Positions 23,748 through 35,609 of a stretch of 36,187 bases of DNA are shown piece by piece. The DNA comes from Octopus bimaculoides (Eukaryota). Location: assembly GCF_001194135.2 (NCBI RefSeq), contig NC_068983.1, positions 3,015,133 through 3,051,319 of the forward strand. The letters run 5' to 3'. The notes beneath the pieces were generated by a model that searched no databases, was not told where the DNA came from, and saw only the letters and a list, made by a program, of their open reading frames with translations. The first letter of the stretch is position 1. Each line of letters starts with the position of its first letter. A program made the position numbers and the translations under genes.

Positions 23748-24146
23748 TACTCTTTTACTTGTTTCAGTCATTTGACTGCGGCCATGCTGGAGCACCGCAT
23801 TTATTCTTTGTAAGCTTAGTTGTAAGCTCATTCTTTGTAAGCTTATTCTTTGTAAGCTTAGTACTTATTCTATCGGTATCTTTTACCGAACCGCTTAGTT
23901 ATGGGGACGTAAACACACCAGCATCGGTTGTCAAGCGATGTTGGGAGAGCAAACACATACATACACATACATATACATATATATACATATACGACGGGCT
24001 TCTTGCAGTTTCCGTCTACCAAATCCTCTCACAAGGCTTTGGTCGGCCCGAAGCTATAGTAGACACTTGCCCAAGGTGCCACACAGTGGGACTGAACCTG
24101 GCACCATGTGGTTGGTAAGCAAGCTACTTACCACACAGCCATTCCT
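23748..24146 (-). mobile_element. SINE family C, full length (about 400 bp)
   Basis: tRNA-like head at 24146-24085, internal (TA/TG) microsatellite, tail ggtgctccagcatggccgcagtcaaatgactgaaacaagtaaaagagta on the minus strand. Confidence 0.9.
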
Positions 24147-25513
24147 GCAACGAATCTTATTTTATTTTGTGCCATATACTCACGGTGAGGAGGGCTACAC
24201 TTATGGACCCTATTCTTTTTTGTATTTTTACTTAAGTGTGACTCAAATTGGTGGAAGCAAGGGACGGAGTTTTCCTCAGACCGGAAACAGGTCTGAATGC
24301 TTCCAACAGTGTGAATCCGTCTAACGAGGCAAGTTCCAAGGTTGATGTTGTTAAGCCAGGAGACAGGTTGGATCCTCCACCCAAGAATTCATAACGTAAA
24401 CACCACAAGGTATCATGTATGGCACACGTGAGTGAGGCAAGTGTTCTGTACTGCAATTGACCAAAGTTGATAAACTTGTTGAAATATGATCTCAGTGTGC
24501 AAAGAGCCGGAAAAAGTACCACACCTACGCCTAATAAAATGATATTTTATTAACCACATACAGAGAATATTTCGGAGCAAAGCGGCCAATGGTCTGTGTG
24601 CATGAGGTAGTAGTAGTAGTAGTAGTAGTTGTGTTTTACGTCACATCAATCTTGCTTGAGCAAACCGAAGATCAAAACCGTTCAAGCGGTGACCATCCCA
24701 ACTTAGTGTATGTCATCGGGTGTATAGGATCTCATGATACAACGTGTCCATCCTTCTTTTTATTCACTCAGTCTATCTCAAGTGAGAAACAAGAGACTTT
24801 AGATATTATTGTACACCAAGAAAGAGGCCATTAAATGTATGAGAGATAACAATGGGATTAGGTGACGTTCATACTTTAACAAATGTGTTTATAACATAAA
24901 ATGATTTCCTTTTAGTCCGGACACATGGGTTTGTCTGGGCACTCGGTTTAAAGTCTTTTCAACGCTCATTCATACACCGGAAGTTAAATGACAAGGTAAC
25001 TAAATTCCATAGACGACTAGAAACCCCAAAAACCTTCATGAAAGGATGTTTATATAACTGATAGGGTTTTCAAAAGTTCTCATAAGTACATATTTTATCA
25101 GCAATAAGTTTTGATTTGTGAACTACATTATGTCGTGACAGGGCTTTTAATGTTCAGACAAAAAAGGGTTATTTTGTACAGCACCAGAAATCTTACAAGA
25201 CCACAAGTGCATGGTATGACCCGTCAAAGACACTTTCTTCTTCGATCGAACTCCCATACTCACACCGGGCCTGAAACTCTAACCAAACATCTCGATTTCT
25301 TTCCAGAAAATCTCGATGAAATTTACAGGATCTACCATTTCTCCCTTTCTCAACCAATGGTAGTTCTGTCTGCAGAATTCCTACGACACACCGCACACAC
25401 TTTGCAAATCTCCAAAGATATTCCGTTCCGCTGAATCACGATTTATTCCCTGAACATCCCCAGCCGCAACACCAACCTGCTCACATATTTGAAAAGTGCA
25501 ATTGTTTTACTTC

Positions 25514-25555
25514 CCATGTAATACACACACACACAGGCACGCACGCATGCACATG

Positions 25556-25638
<83 letters not shown>

Positions 25639-26030
25639 ACACACACACACATACACTGGCACAAACGTTGCTAAATGAATATATTTCCCCAATAATTATG
25701 TCTATATTGATACAATGCAACTCTGGCGTTGATTAACGAATGACATTTTTGAGAAACACATAACAGCCACAGTACACACACACACACACACACACACACG
25801 CATACACACACGCATCCATATGTGCGCGCGTGTATGTATGTATACATATATATATATCTTACGTGCGTGTATATACAAGTATATGCTCATATATATATAT
25901 ATGTATATATGTGTACACATGTGTGTATATATTCTGTGTGTGTAAATATACTGAGTGAGAGAGAGGGAGAGAGAGAGAGAGAGAGAGAGATTCGAGTACA
26001 CGCGCCCACGTACGCACACGCGCGCACACA
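25514..26030. repeat. Compound (CA)n/(TA)n/(GA)n simple-repeat region
   Basis: Read directly. It explains the ORF cluster at 25443-26100. Confidence 0.9.
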
Positions 26031-26510
26031 TATCGAACCGAACCGGTCACTCCTCCCTGTCGTGACATTATTGGTGAGTTTCATCAACCTGTTCACTTGA
26101 ATAGGTTGCTATGATCAAGGGTAATGTAATAAAATTTCGCCGTTCCGACGTTCCTAGTCATAGTTCTGCAACAATTCACACCCAGAAAGCATCTCTCACC
26201 TGTTGGAAGAAGAATTAATGTCAATCGCACGCATCAGTGAATATGAAAACGTTATTTATTCCAGCCGCTTCATGGCAGGAACCTTTAATAACTGCACTCA
26301 GTGACACTTCGGCTTCAGTGCTGTCTCCCCTCATTCTTGTGTTCGCATTCTCGACATTAACCAGTTTTTTTTTTCGCCTTTAAACAGGGCTAATTGATAA
26401 AAAGTATAAGGAACATACAAACAAACGCACGTGCACGTGTATTTATATAAACAACCATATACATACACACAGACACACACACACACACACAGACACACAC
26501 ATATATACAT

Positions 26511-26555
<45 letters not shown>

Positions 26556-26790
26556 CTCTTTTACTCTTTTATTTGTTTCAGTCATTTGACTGTGGCCATG
26601 CTGGAGCACCGCCTTTAGTCGAGCAAATCGAGCCCAGGACTTATACTTTGTAAGCCGAGTACTTATTCTATCGGGCCCTTTTGCCGAACCGCTAAGTTAC
26701 GGGGACGTAAACACACCAGCATCGATTGTCAAGCGACGGTGGTGAGGACAAACACAGGCACACACACACATACACACACACACACATGTA
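26556..26790 (-). mobile_element. SINE family C 3' half
   Basis: tttcagtcatttgactgtggccatgctggagcaccgcctttagtcgagcaaatcg...ccgaaccgctaagttacggggacgtaaacacaccagc. Confidence 0.85.
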
Positions 26791-26842
26791 CATTTATATA
26801 CATGCCTAAATTTGGGGGGGGGGACCTGACTAGTCTATAAAG

Positions 26843-27356
26843 CAGGAGGTCACCAAACATTTTTTACAGCGAGCCAGATAACAGAGAATGACGAGTGCGG
26901 GCCGCAGAACCATTTTGCTTAATACAGAGAATACACAAAAAATAAATACAACCAGCATATTTATTTACCAAAAATTTATCAAAGAAGACAACCCAGTGGG
27001 CACATATCGGAATCTCACAAACTAAGCATCAAAAAAGGTTGGTGAGATTCGTGAAACTGGTGTTTAGCTTTTAAGATATCATCAATGTTTGCTTTGGAAT
27101 TGCTGCATCCAACCAAGAGAATTGCTTTCAAATGTTCATCAGTGAACCTCATTCAATGTGCTGACTTCACATTCTTCAATTTTTAGAATGTTTGCTCAGA
27201 GACATAAGTTGTTCCAAATACTGGTGCCATACGAGAGGTAAATGAACTCTCATTGCAGAAAAGATACTTACAGAAAAGATACAGCACAGTGGTGGGCCGG
27301 ATGAACTGACCTCGCGGGCCGGATCTTGCCCGTGGGCCGTAGTTTGGTGACCCTTG
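26843..27356 (-). mobile_element. Buster-type hAT deletion derivative (514 bp) retaining a transposase C-terminal fragment
   Basis: TIRs caggaggtcaccaaac / gtttggtgacccttg; TSD ctataaag / ctatagag (7/8). The minus strand of 27224-27039 reads PVFGTTYVSEQTF*KLKNVKSAH*MRFTDEHLKAILLVGCSNSKANIDDILKAKHQFHESH. Confidence 0.9.
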
Positions 27357-27533
27357 CTATAGAGGGAAGATATTAAATTCCTCAAGATTCAGACATCAGC
27401 TGCCAACTTCAACAGAAACAGCGATACTTACAGACTTTAAAAAGAAAAGAGCGAGGAAGCGCTTTAAAATAAGAACTGGTAGTTTTTGAGTGTTGCAAGG
27501 TATCATCCAGACAGCAACTGCTAAATAATCCTT

Positions 27534-27724
27534 TATAGGAAGAAGGTCTGAAATTTTGTGAGAAGGGGCCAGTTGGTTACATTGATACCAGTGTGTTACT
27601 GGTACTTGTTTTAACAACCCTCCAAATGAATGAGAAGCAAAGGCATTTGAACTGAGAAGGGAAGGGTGGGCGGAATGCCACCAAACATTTTGCCCTGCTA
27701 ACGATTCTGTCAGCTCGTCACCTT
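27534..27724 (-). mobile_element. SINE family A, old copy
   Basis: actggtacttgttttaaca...atttgaactgag...gctaacgattctgtcagctcgtcacc. Confidence 0.65.
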
Positions 27725-27924
27725 CACCAACTGAAGTCTGATGTAATCGACCTTAATAGGTTGCTGATACTTCTATCAACGGCCTTGGTGGGATTGAATG
27801 TGAAGTTGGTCAGCATAGGATTCGAACAGAGAACGTAACGTTATGAAATATCACTTAATATGTAGTCGGATGCTCGCCTGATTCTTCTATTCACCACATA
27901 AATATGTGATACCTTATATGGTAG

Positions 27925-28121
27925 TACGAATACATACATATATACTCACATCCATATATGCATATATACGTATACACACACACATATACACACATATACA
28001 CATATGTACCTGCACCAACAACTACGGCTCGCCCCACCACCTCATTCTCCATAGCGAGTGGATGTGTGAATGTATATGTATCTGCCCATGTGTTTGCTTC
28101 TGCATGCGTCTTTTGCTTGTT

Positions 28122-28163
<42 letters not shown>

Positions 28164-28198
28164 CGCATACATATATATGTATGTATGATTGACTGTGA

Positions 28199-28241
<43 letters not shown>

Positions 28242-28330
28242 GCGCGCCTGTGCGTTAAAAACACACTTATAGACACACACATATATATAATGTATATGTG
28301 TGTGTGTGTGTGTATGTCTGTGCGTGTGCG
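27925..28330. repeat. Compound (TA)n/(CA)n/(TG)n simple repeats
   Basis: Read directly. It explains the ORFs at 27891-28349. Confidence 0.9.
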
Positions 28331-29811
28331 TTATACCCCAGATATTTGAAAAAGGGGTGACGAAAAAGTCTATAATTGAATTAATATTTTAATCATTCCT
28401 AATTGCAGTTGTATCCAATGGGGGTGTACCTTTGTACCCGACTAAGTGTTTTATCTCTTGCCTCAGGCTTCCTTCCAGGTCAGTACTCGCCACCCCTCCC
28501 CCTTTCTCTTTTCAACTGCTTTAAACCCATTCATCTGACTTTCAACTCTCCAGATAGAGTTTCATTCATTGAGAGCCGCCTCACCCCGAACCCCGCCCCC
28601 TTCACATTTAATATGCAACGAGATAATATAGACATGGCTGTTGAGTTGAGAAATATTCTACAGGAATTTTGTTGTTAAAGACATTTAGATTCAATTAATT
28701 TGGTTGCCAAAAATACCATCATACTAGGGAACATATAGCTGGTCATTCGACGTGTTAGATATAGCAGTCTAATAGCCCTCAAATCTCGCACCCCACTGTC
28801 TTAAAAGTACGGAAAAAAGTTTATGCCTGGGAAATGTAAAAGACAGAGTGTTTATGGCTGCCATGGCTTTGATCAGTGTATCTGCTGGATTTGGTCTGTC
28901 CTGTGGCTAAACAACAACGTAGAAGAATCTTTGAATGAATAACATCCTCCCTTTCTCTCTCTCTCTCTCTCTTTCTCTCTGTACACACACGCACACGCAA
29001 ACACAGATATATATATATGCGTGTGTGCGCGTGCGCGCGTGTGTGTGTGAAGTAAGAAGCGTGCTTCCCAAACACACAGTGCTGGGTTGTCAAAAAGTAT
29101 TCATCAATAACAGAAATTAAGGAACGAAAAAAAAAGAATGGGAGTATTTCCGCGCAGGAAAACAGGAAAAAATTGTTGCTGAAAATGCCCCTGCATTTGA
29201 ATCATCGTTTTGAAACGAATTATTTTTATGCAGACCAGACTAGTTTCAACAGTATTTTTTTGTTTATCAATGGTAAACATTTAAAATAACGGGGTAGAAA
29301 AACTTGTTTCGAAGTAAAAGGTTCAGTGTTTACAAGATCCAATAATATCAAATATGATTTAAATGTTCAGGACAGTCAATAATATAGAAAATGTGGATCA
29401 TCTTGTTTAAAAGCACAAAATTCAATAGTGTTAGAAATGATCGATAAGAAATGTGGATCACTTGTAAGACTGTTGAACTTTGTGCATTTCAGCCCTCCTT
29501 ATCATTGAAGCCCTCCTTATGAACAAACTGAGAATAGCTATAAAGAACAGGAGAGAACTACATGAAGCAGACTGGTAACTACAGCAACACCAGTCTGCGC
29601 ATGTCACTTTCCTCCTTCCTCCCCCACACATCTGAGCAACGACCTTTTCCACCCTTGCTTTTCCACATCTCCTAAATAAGGGATCATAGCCCCGCAATAT
29701 AGAAACATAAGGTAAAGCCACAAACTTTGTTTCATTTTCTTTTCTTTTCTTTTTATAGTTTACTTTATATCTTCTCGCACTGTTTCGACATAACACAAAT
29801 TTCTCTTATTA

Positions 29812-29969
29812 AACATACATGCATGCATACACACACACATACAAACATACATACACACACATACATAATAAATACACACACATACATGCATACATACATA
29901 CATACACACACACACATACATACATGCATACATACACACACATACAAAATAAATACACACACATACATG

Positions 29970-30003
<34 letters not shown>

Positions 30004-30104
30004 TACATNNNNNNNNNNACACACACACACACATACATACATACATACATACATACGTATGCACACAGGGAGGAGGGAGGGAGAGAGGTAGAGAAAGAGA
30101 GGGG

Positions 30105-30172
<68 letters not shown>
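29812..30172. repeat. (CA)/(CATA) compound microsatellite with an 81-bp higher-order duplication, then (GATA)n
   Basis: aaatacacacacatacatgcatacatacatacatac occurs at 29870 and at 29951. N gap at 30009-30018. Confidence 0.9.
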
Positions 30173-30173
<1 letters not shown>

Positions 30174-30384
30174 TTTGCGTGTATTTATGTATGTATATAG
30201 TAGAAAAATGTGTATCAAAGAAATACAATTATATTCATTGTCCTAAAAATGTGAAGGTAATCCTGTTCAATTGTCCTAGCATACACATTCTCCACCATTT
30301 TAAATTAGCTTTGTATTTTTATTATATATTTAATAGTAGTTCACTTCGTGTCATCCTCTTGAGCCTATCACACAAATGGTAATG

Positions 30385-31470
30385 CCATTGTTGGGCCGGT
30401 TAGCAGTATCAACGCCAGGGCAGTAGACAACTTTCCTCCAACTCTTCAGCTGTGATTATCAGCAGGGAGGATTGAGGAAAGCACTAAGAAATGGCAAATC
30501 ACCAATGCCAAGTGTAAGAGAAAGCTCAATGTACAAAGAATTTGTCAGTCATCAGAGGAGAATCACCGGGAGAAGGTAGTAGGGCTTTCTTACCAGGGAT
30601 GCAGTAGGACCAGACACTCGAACGCCCATTGTACTAGAAGGAACTCTAGAGAAATGACCAGGAAAGATTGATCTTCCTCCTCCGCATTGTCACTGACCTC
30701 TTGTCTTCCCACCAAATAACTTTAAAATACGGGGCAAAGAAGAAGACTCGCCCTACAAGCAGTGCGGAGCAACCCTCTACAGTTTGAACCACATTTTGAC
30801 CGGATGCCAGAGATCACTGGGAGAAGGCAGATACAAGTGGAGACATGACACAGTCCTTGCAGAAATCGCCAAATCGTTTGATCTGCAAAGCGCAAAGACT
30901 AACAAATACCAGCCGCCACAACCAAAATGTATCAAATGCTTAAGGGAAAGACAAGATTCCTAAGTAGAAAGCAAAGGCAGGGGCCCTGTTTTCTATTTTT
31001 CATCCAGATTCAGACTGGGAGATGCAAGTGGACCTGAATGGCAGATTCCTCTTCCCAGAGGAGGTATCGGTAACATCACTATGACTAAACATGTTCCTGC
31101 TCTCCAGGAGTACAAAAACAATTATCGCAGGACAGATTCGATATCTCCTATCAGGAAATTAAATATCAGTATTTGCCAAGCGATGGCATGCGGCTTCATT
31201 CCCCATTGAAGTCGGTTGCCGTGGCTTTTCAACTAGATTAGGGCGCTATCTCCTACGTAAGATTGGCCTGAAGTCCAGACTACGAAAGAAATTCACGAAG
31301 GAGGTAAGCGCATCAGCTGAAACCAGCTCAAGATGGCTGTGTTTGATAAGAGATCACTTGGAGGAACCTACTGCAAGTTCATTTCTCGCTGCCCCACTAA
31401 GCCGAAGCGTACAGGCTAAAGGGCGAAATGCTTGTGACCCCGAGATACCTGCTGAGGATGTTAAAAGGCC
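30385..31470 (+). mobile_element. HERO-like RLE non-LTR retrotransposon 3' remnant, disrupted
   Basis: Across frames: KKWQITNAKCKRKL...EENHREKVVGLSYQG; ERLIFLLRIVTDLL; GKEEDSPYKQCGATLYSLNHILTGCQRSLGEGRYKWRHDTVLAEIAK (CCHC knuckle with first C changed to Y, plus the RHD motif); DWEMQVDLNGRFLFPEEVSVTSL*LNMFLLSRSTKTII (decayed RPD); FPIEVGCRGF...AETSSRWLCLIR. Confidence 0.85.
31391..31462 (+). ncRNA. Putative rearranged (non-circularly permuted) hammerhead ribozyme
   Basis: AAGCGU-A (31405-11) pairs with GAAA-UGCUU (31425-33) as stem III with a GUA triplet. CAGG (31412-15) pairs with CCUG (31448-51), which directly precedes CUGAGGA (31452-58). GGGC (31421-24) pairs with GCCC (31391-94). Confidence 0.55.
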
Positions 31471-31619
31471 TCCACGTTGCAATGGATTTAGAAGAGCTTG
31501 TAAAACCGCTGAGTGGTTCCAGCAGTTTCTGTATGGGACAAAGCATTTCTGGTGTTTATTTCATCGAGAAGAGTCTGTTATTAGCACACCGAGAATGTGT
31601 CACTCGAGAGATTCAATGT

Positions 31620-31890
31620 GTGTGTGTGTGTGAGTGTGTGTAGCTCACTGTATGTATGTGTGTGAGTGTGTGGCTCACTGTATGTGTGTGTGGTTGTGCT
31701 TGTGTGTGTGTGTGTGTGGCTCACCGTATTTATGTATGTGAGTGTGTGGCTCACTGTGTGTGCGTGTGTGTGTGGAAATATGTATATATATATATGTCTA
31801 AACGTGTATGTATGAGTGTGGTTGTGTTTGTGCATTTCTTTGTGGTTGTGTGTGGTTGTGCGTGACTGCACGCGTGTGTGTGTGTGTGTG
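31620..31890. repeat. (TG)n-based compound repeat with four embedded t(a/g)gctcac(t/c)g units
   Basis: Units at 31641, 31671, 31717 and 31747. Confidence 0.85.
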
Positions 31891-32181
31891 TTTCTTTGTG
31901 TGACGTTTTATAAACAGTACAAAAGTTTTCTTTGCCAATAATAACTTTTATAAAAAAGAAAACTCCCCAAATAAGTTCAAACAACAAACAACTGTGTGAG
32001 ATTAAAACTGGCAGATAACCCTAATGTTATCGTGTTAAATCTGACATGTAAATAAAAGTTCAATCTATAATTGGAGTTTAGAACTGTACATTATTGTCTT
32101 CAACTAAAATTAAAATATCGTTTATATACACATTCTTTCATTATTTTACTTGTTTCAGTCACCCGACTGTGGTCATATATG

Positions 32182-32217
<36 letters not shown>

Positions 32218-33144
32218 TACACAAGTAGAATAGATTTTTAAATATACGACGATATATCTCACATAAACAAAATTAGACAAATGTTTATATATTTCAGTAG
32301 CAACGAAATAATTGGGTGCCGGGTGTTTATGATATTCCTTGCTTGTTGGTGATTGGCTGAGAAGGAGTCGAGTTTCATCGTTGAATTCTATTAATTGCTG
32401 TAACCAATTCAATTTCCCATTTTGGTCATGTGAAGCCATAAACCCTAAAGAACGACATACTTACTTTCTAGGCGAAGAAAGCAAAATCTGTCTGGAAGAA
32501 CTTTTACAGAATTCTCAATTTTTTAATGAAATTTTCAACTGTTTGACCAAAGCGTTTAACTAGTAAAAAACGGTTAATCGATAAATTGGTTAACGGAGTA
32601 ACTAACCCATTAACTAACAATGACAATAAAGGACCGAACTAGTGCGTGTGTTTATATTTACCGGCGTAATGCCCCTCCCAAGATTCAATAGTGCAAGATT
32701 ATTTTTAAACGTTAAATTTTCGCAGCGGGTTACATTTTCATTTCAGTTCTTGTAGTCAAATAAATGACTATACATTCCAATATTTCAGTTTTGATCACCA
32801 ACATAGAAAATGGTTACAAAATGGTGGACGCATCCTGCTATAAAGACATAAATACTATTCATCAATAAAGAACTATTGATGCCATGTATAAGAAAGGAAC
32901 TCCAAGTGTGTATATATATATAGCGGTGATGAGAGTAGTTGCCTTTTCTAATGTTCGATAACTCTAGTGATTACAACTAATCTAATGGACAATAATGTTA
33001 CCTTGGATTGAGTTAAGAATAAGAGGTACATCAATTTTCCACGTTTCTTTCACAACAGGGAACAAACATCCAGTGGTTGTGTCTTCAGCTGGGCGGGTTG
33101 GTCGTCATAGCACAGTATATTGTACGACATTAATTCACGTAATC

Positions 33145-33471
33145 CTGCGGCCATAAAGGGAGTTGGTCGAAGAAATCGCCCTCAGAACTTATTCTTTTTA
33201 AGCCCAGTTCTTATTGTATCGGTATCTTTTACCGAACCGCAATGTTACTGGGACCTAAACACGCCAACATCGGTTGTCAAGCGATGGTGGGGGATGGGAC
33301 AAACACAGATACAGATACACGCACACATAAATATATACATACATGTATACGACGGGCTTCTTTCAGTTTCCGTCTACCATATCCACTCACAAGGCTTTGG
33401 TCTGCCCGAGGCTATAGTAGAAGACACTTGCCCAAGGTGCCACGAAGCAGAAGTGAGACCGGAACTATGTG
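33145..33471 (-). mobile_element. SINE family C, both ends truncated or diverged
   Basis: cttttaccgaaccgc...catcggttgtcaagcgatg...gacgggcttctttcagtttccgtctacc...gtagaagacacttgcccaaggtgccacg. Confidence 0.85.
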
Positions 33472-34222
33472 TGTATACTAAAACGAATTACCTACCTTCT
33501 CTATTCGCATTCAAGACTCACAAGTTTGTTTTTCTTTTGTTTAAAGTTAAGGTGAGAATGAGAAAATCTAACAAAGATCTTCAGCCAAAAATTTATCATA
33601 AAATATTTTGGCAAAAAAGCAAGCCTTAATATAAATAGATTTCTATATTTCTTCACCATATTTTTAATCTAAGACATTTCCTATATTTTAACTCCAGACA
33701 ACACTGGAATTTAACCGAGTAAATGCTGCAGATTTGAACACCAAATAAAATAGACTATAAATTTTTATAAATTAAAAATATGAGTTTCGCAGTAAATTTT
33801 TCACGTTCAAAGTTGATGAAAGATGTTTGGTTTGACATCATTCACCAGCTAATTTTTTGTTATGTCTGCGCAGATTATGAGCCAATGCACGTATTCCTGT
33901 ACTTGAGTTATGTCAGTATTATTTCTATCTGATGATACGTGAATGCCTGGGTAGTATATACATACGTAAATACATATGTATATGTATATATATATATATG
34001 TATTATATACATAAGTAAACACATGTGTATACATGTATACATCTGCATAAACACATACGCACACATATGTTTATATATGCTTATATATATANNNNNNNNN
34101 NNNNNNNNNNNNNNNNNNNNNNNNNNNNNNNNNNNNNNNNNNNNNNNNNNNNNNNNNNNNNNNNNNNNNNNNNNNNNNNNNNTATACATACATACATACA
34201 TACATACATACATACATACATA

Positions 34223-35526
34223 CAGGGTGTGATGGGTAAATTGTCACCATTTTATATTTTTAATTACGTGCATGCGTGTTGTTTGTTTTTCATCTTCTCA
34301 ACTACACAGTATAGTAGGGTCAGTGGGGCACCGTCTATGAGAAAAGCACCACCATGACGCAATTCACTTTGCCAGAAATTCGGTAATGACATGCTGTACT
34401 GCTTGGCATACGCGCTGGAAGCTCCAATACGAATATTTCAGAGTGTTTGGATGTCAATCCGAGGACAGTGCAGAGGATTCAGAAAGAGTTGGATGAGTCT
34501 AATGGCGATTACGATGGAATGGCAGCTCGGAAAACCCACTCTGATCATTCTGATAAGAAAAGAACTCCTGAATTTGTTGGTGAGATCCAGGCCATGATTA
34601 ACAACGATCCCTCTAATGTTAATCAGGTCCATCACCAGGGACATGCGAGTGTCTGAGTTTCTTATAAGGCAGGCAGTGCATGAAGACATTCAGTATTCTT
34701 CATACAAGATGAGAAAGGGCTAATTTTTATCTCAAGCCATCAAGGACAAGAGGAAAAACCGCGCTAAGAAGTTTTTGAACAAACACAAGCATCTCCTCCA
34801 ACCGTACATGTTTTGGTCTTTCTCAGAGGAGAAAAATTTCTGCCAGGATCAGATGGTGAACACACAGAACAACCGTTGGCTTGCCGTGTCCCCAAAACAT
34901 GTACCGAGAGTGACAAAAATCCAACATCCAGTCAACATCATAGTGTGTAGAGTGATCACTAATGATGGCGACGTTATACCTCCATTCATCTTCCCACACA
35001 CCCTCACACTCAACACGGAGACCGACATCAAGTGTCTGGAGGAGTTGGTGCTGCTCTGGGTCAAGAGGGTCGTTACTGGTAGAACTGATGTCTGGTAACA
35101 GGACTCTGCACCATTCCACACAAGCAGGAAAACCCAGTCATGGTTGTCAGACAATTTCTGCGACCACATCACCCCTAAATCTGGCCACCTAACTCCCCAG
35201 ACCGCAACCCGCTTGATTATTATGTGTGGGGTGCAGGTGATCAAGAGACCAACAAATGTCCTTGAAGCACCAAAGATGAACTGAAGGCAAGGATTATGGC
35301 AGCATTCACCAACTTAAAGAAGGAGATCGTCCAGAAGAGTTGCAGGAGATTCCAAAGTCGTCTGGTGACCGTTGTTGAAGCCAATGGCGATTTTATTGAA
35401 TAAATTTACTCTTTAGTATTTCAAGATATTTTTATGTAATTTTGGTAAATATAACTGCTAAAATGAGATGTCAGTGTTATTTTCATTTTTGTGTAATTTA
35501 GACGACAGTTTATTCACTGCACCCTT

Positions 35527-35528
<2 letters not shown>
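34223..35528 (+). mobile_element. Near full-length maT (DD37D) Tc1/mariner transposon, decayed
   Basis: Left TIR cagggtgtgatgggtaaattgtc, right TIR gacagtttattcactgcaccctttg, TA on both sides, transposase remnant inside. Confidence 0.9.
34354..35403 (+). pseudogene. DD37D transposase pseudogene
   Basis: MTQFTLPEIR...LDVNPRTVQRIQKELDES...; FWSFSEEKNF (first D reads E); VW*QDSAPFHTSRKTQSWLSDNFCDHITP..WPPNSPDRNPLDYYVWG, with 37 residues between the second and third D allowing for a 1-nt deletion; ends RLVTVVEANGDFIE*. Multiple stops and frameshifts. Confidence 0.9.

Positions 35529-35609
<81 letters not shown>

Noticed and set aside
25111-25434. 107-aa ORF in unique sequence
   Set aside because: TTG start, no recognisable domain and no convincing splice context. 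An ORF of this length can arise by chance.
29389-29530. Short direct repeats aaatgtggatca (60 bp apart) and agccctcctta
   Set aside because: Only two copies each, with no TIR or other element features between them. Likely minor local duplications.
29567-29598. Perfect 10-bp inverted repeat GCAGACTGGT / ACCAGTCTGC with a 12-nt loop
   Set aside because: Roughly one such hairpin is expected by chance in 36 kb, the stem is too short for a pre-miRNA, and there is no supporting context.
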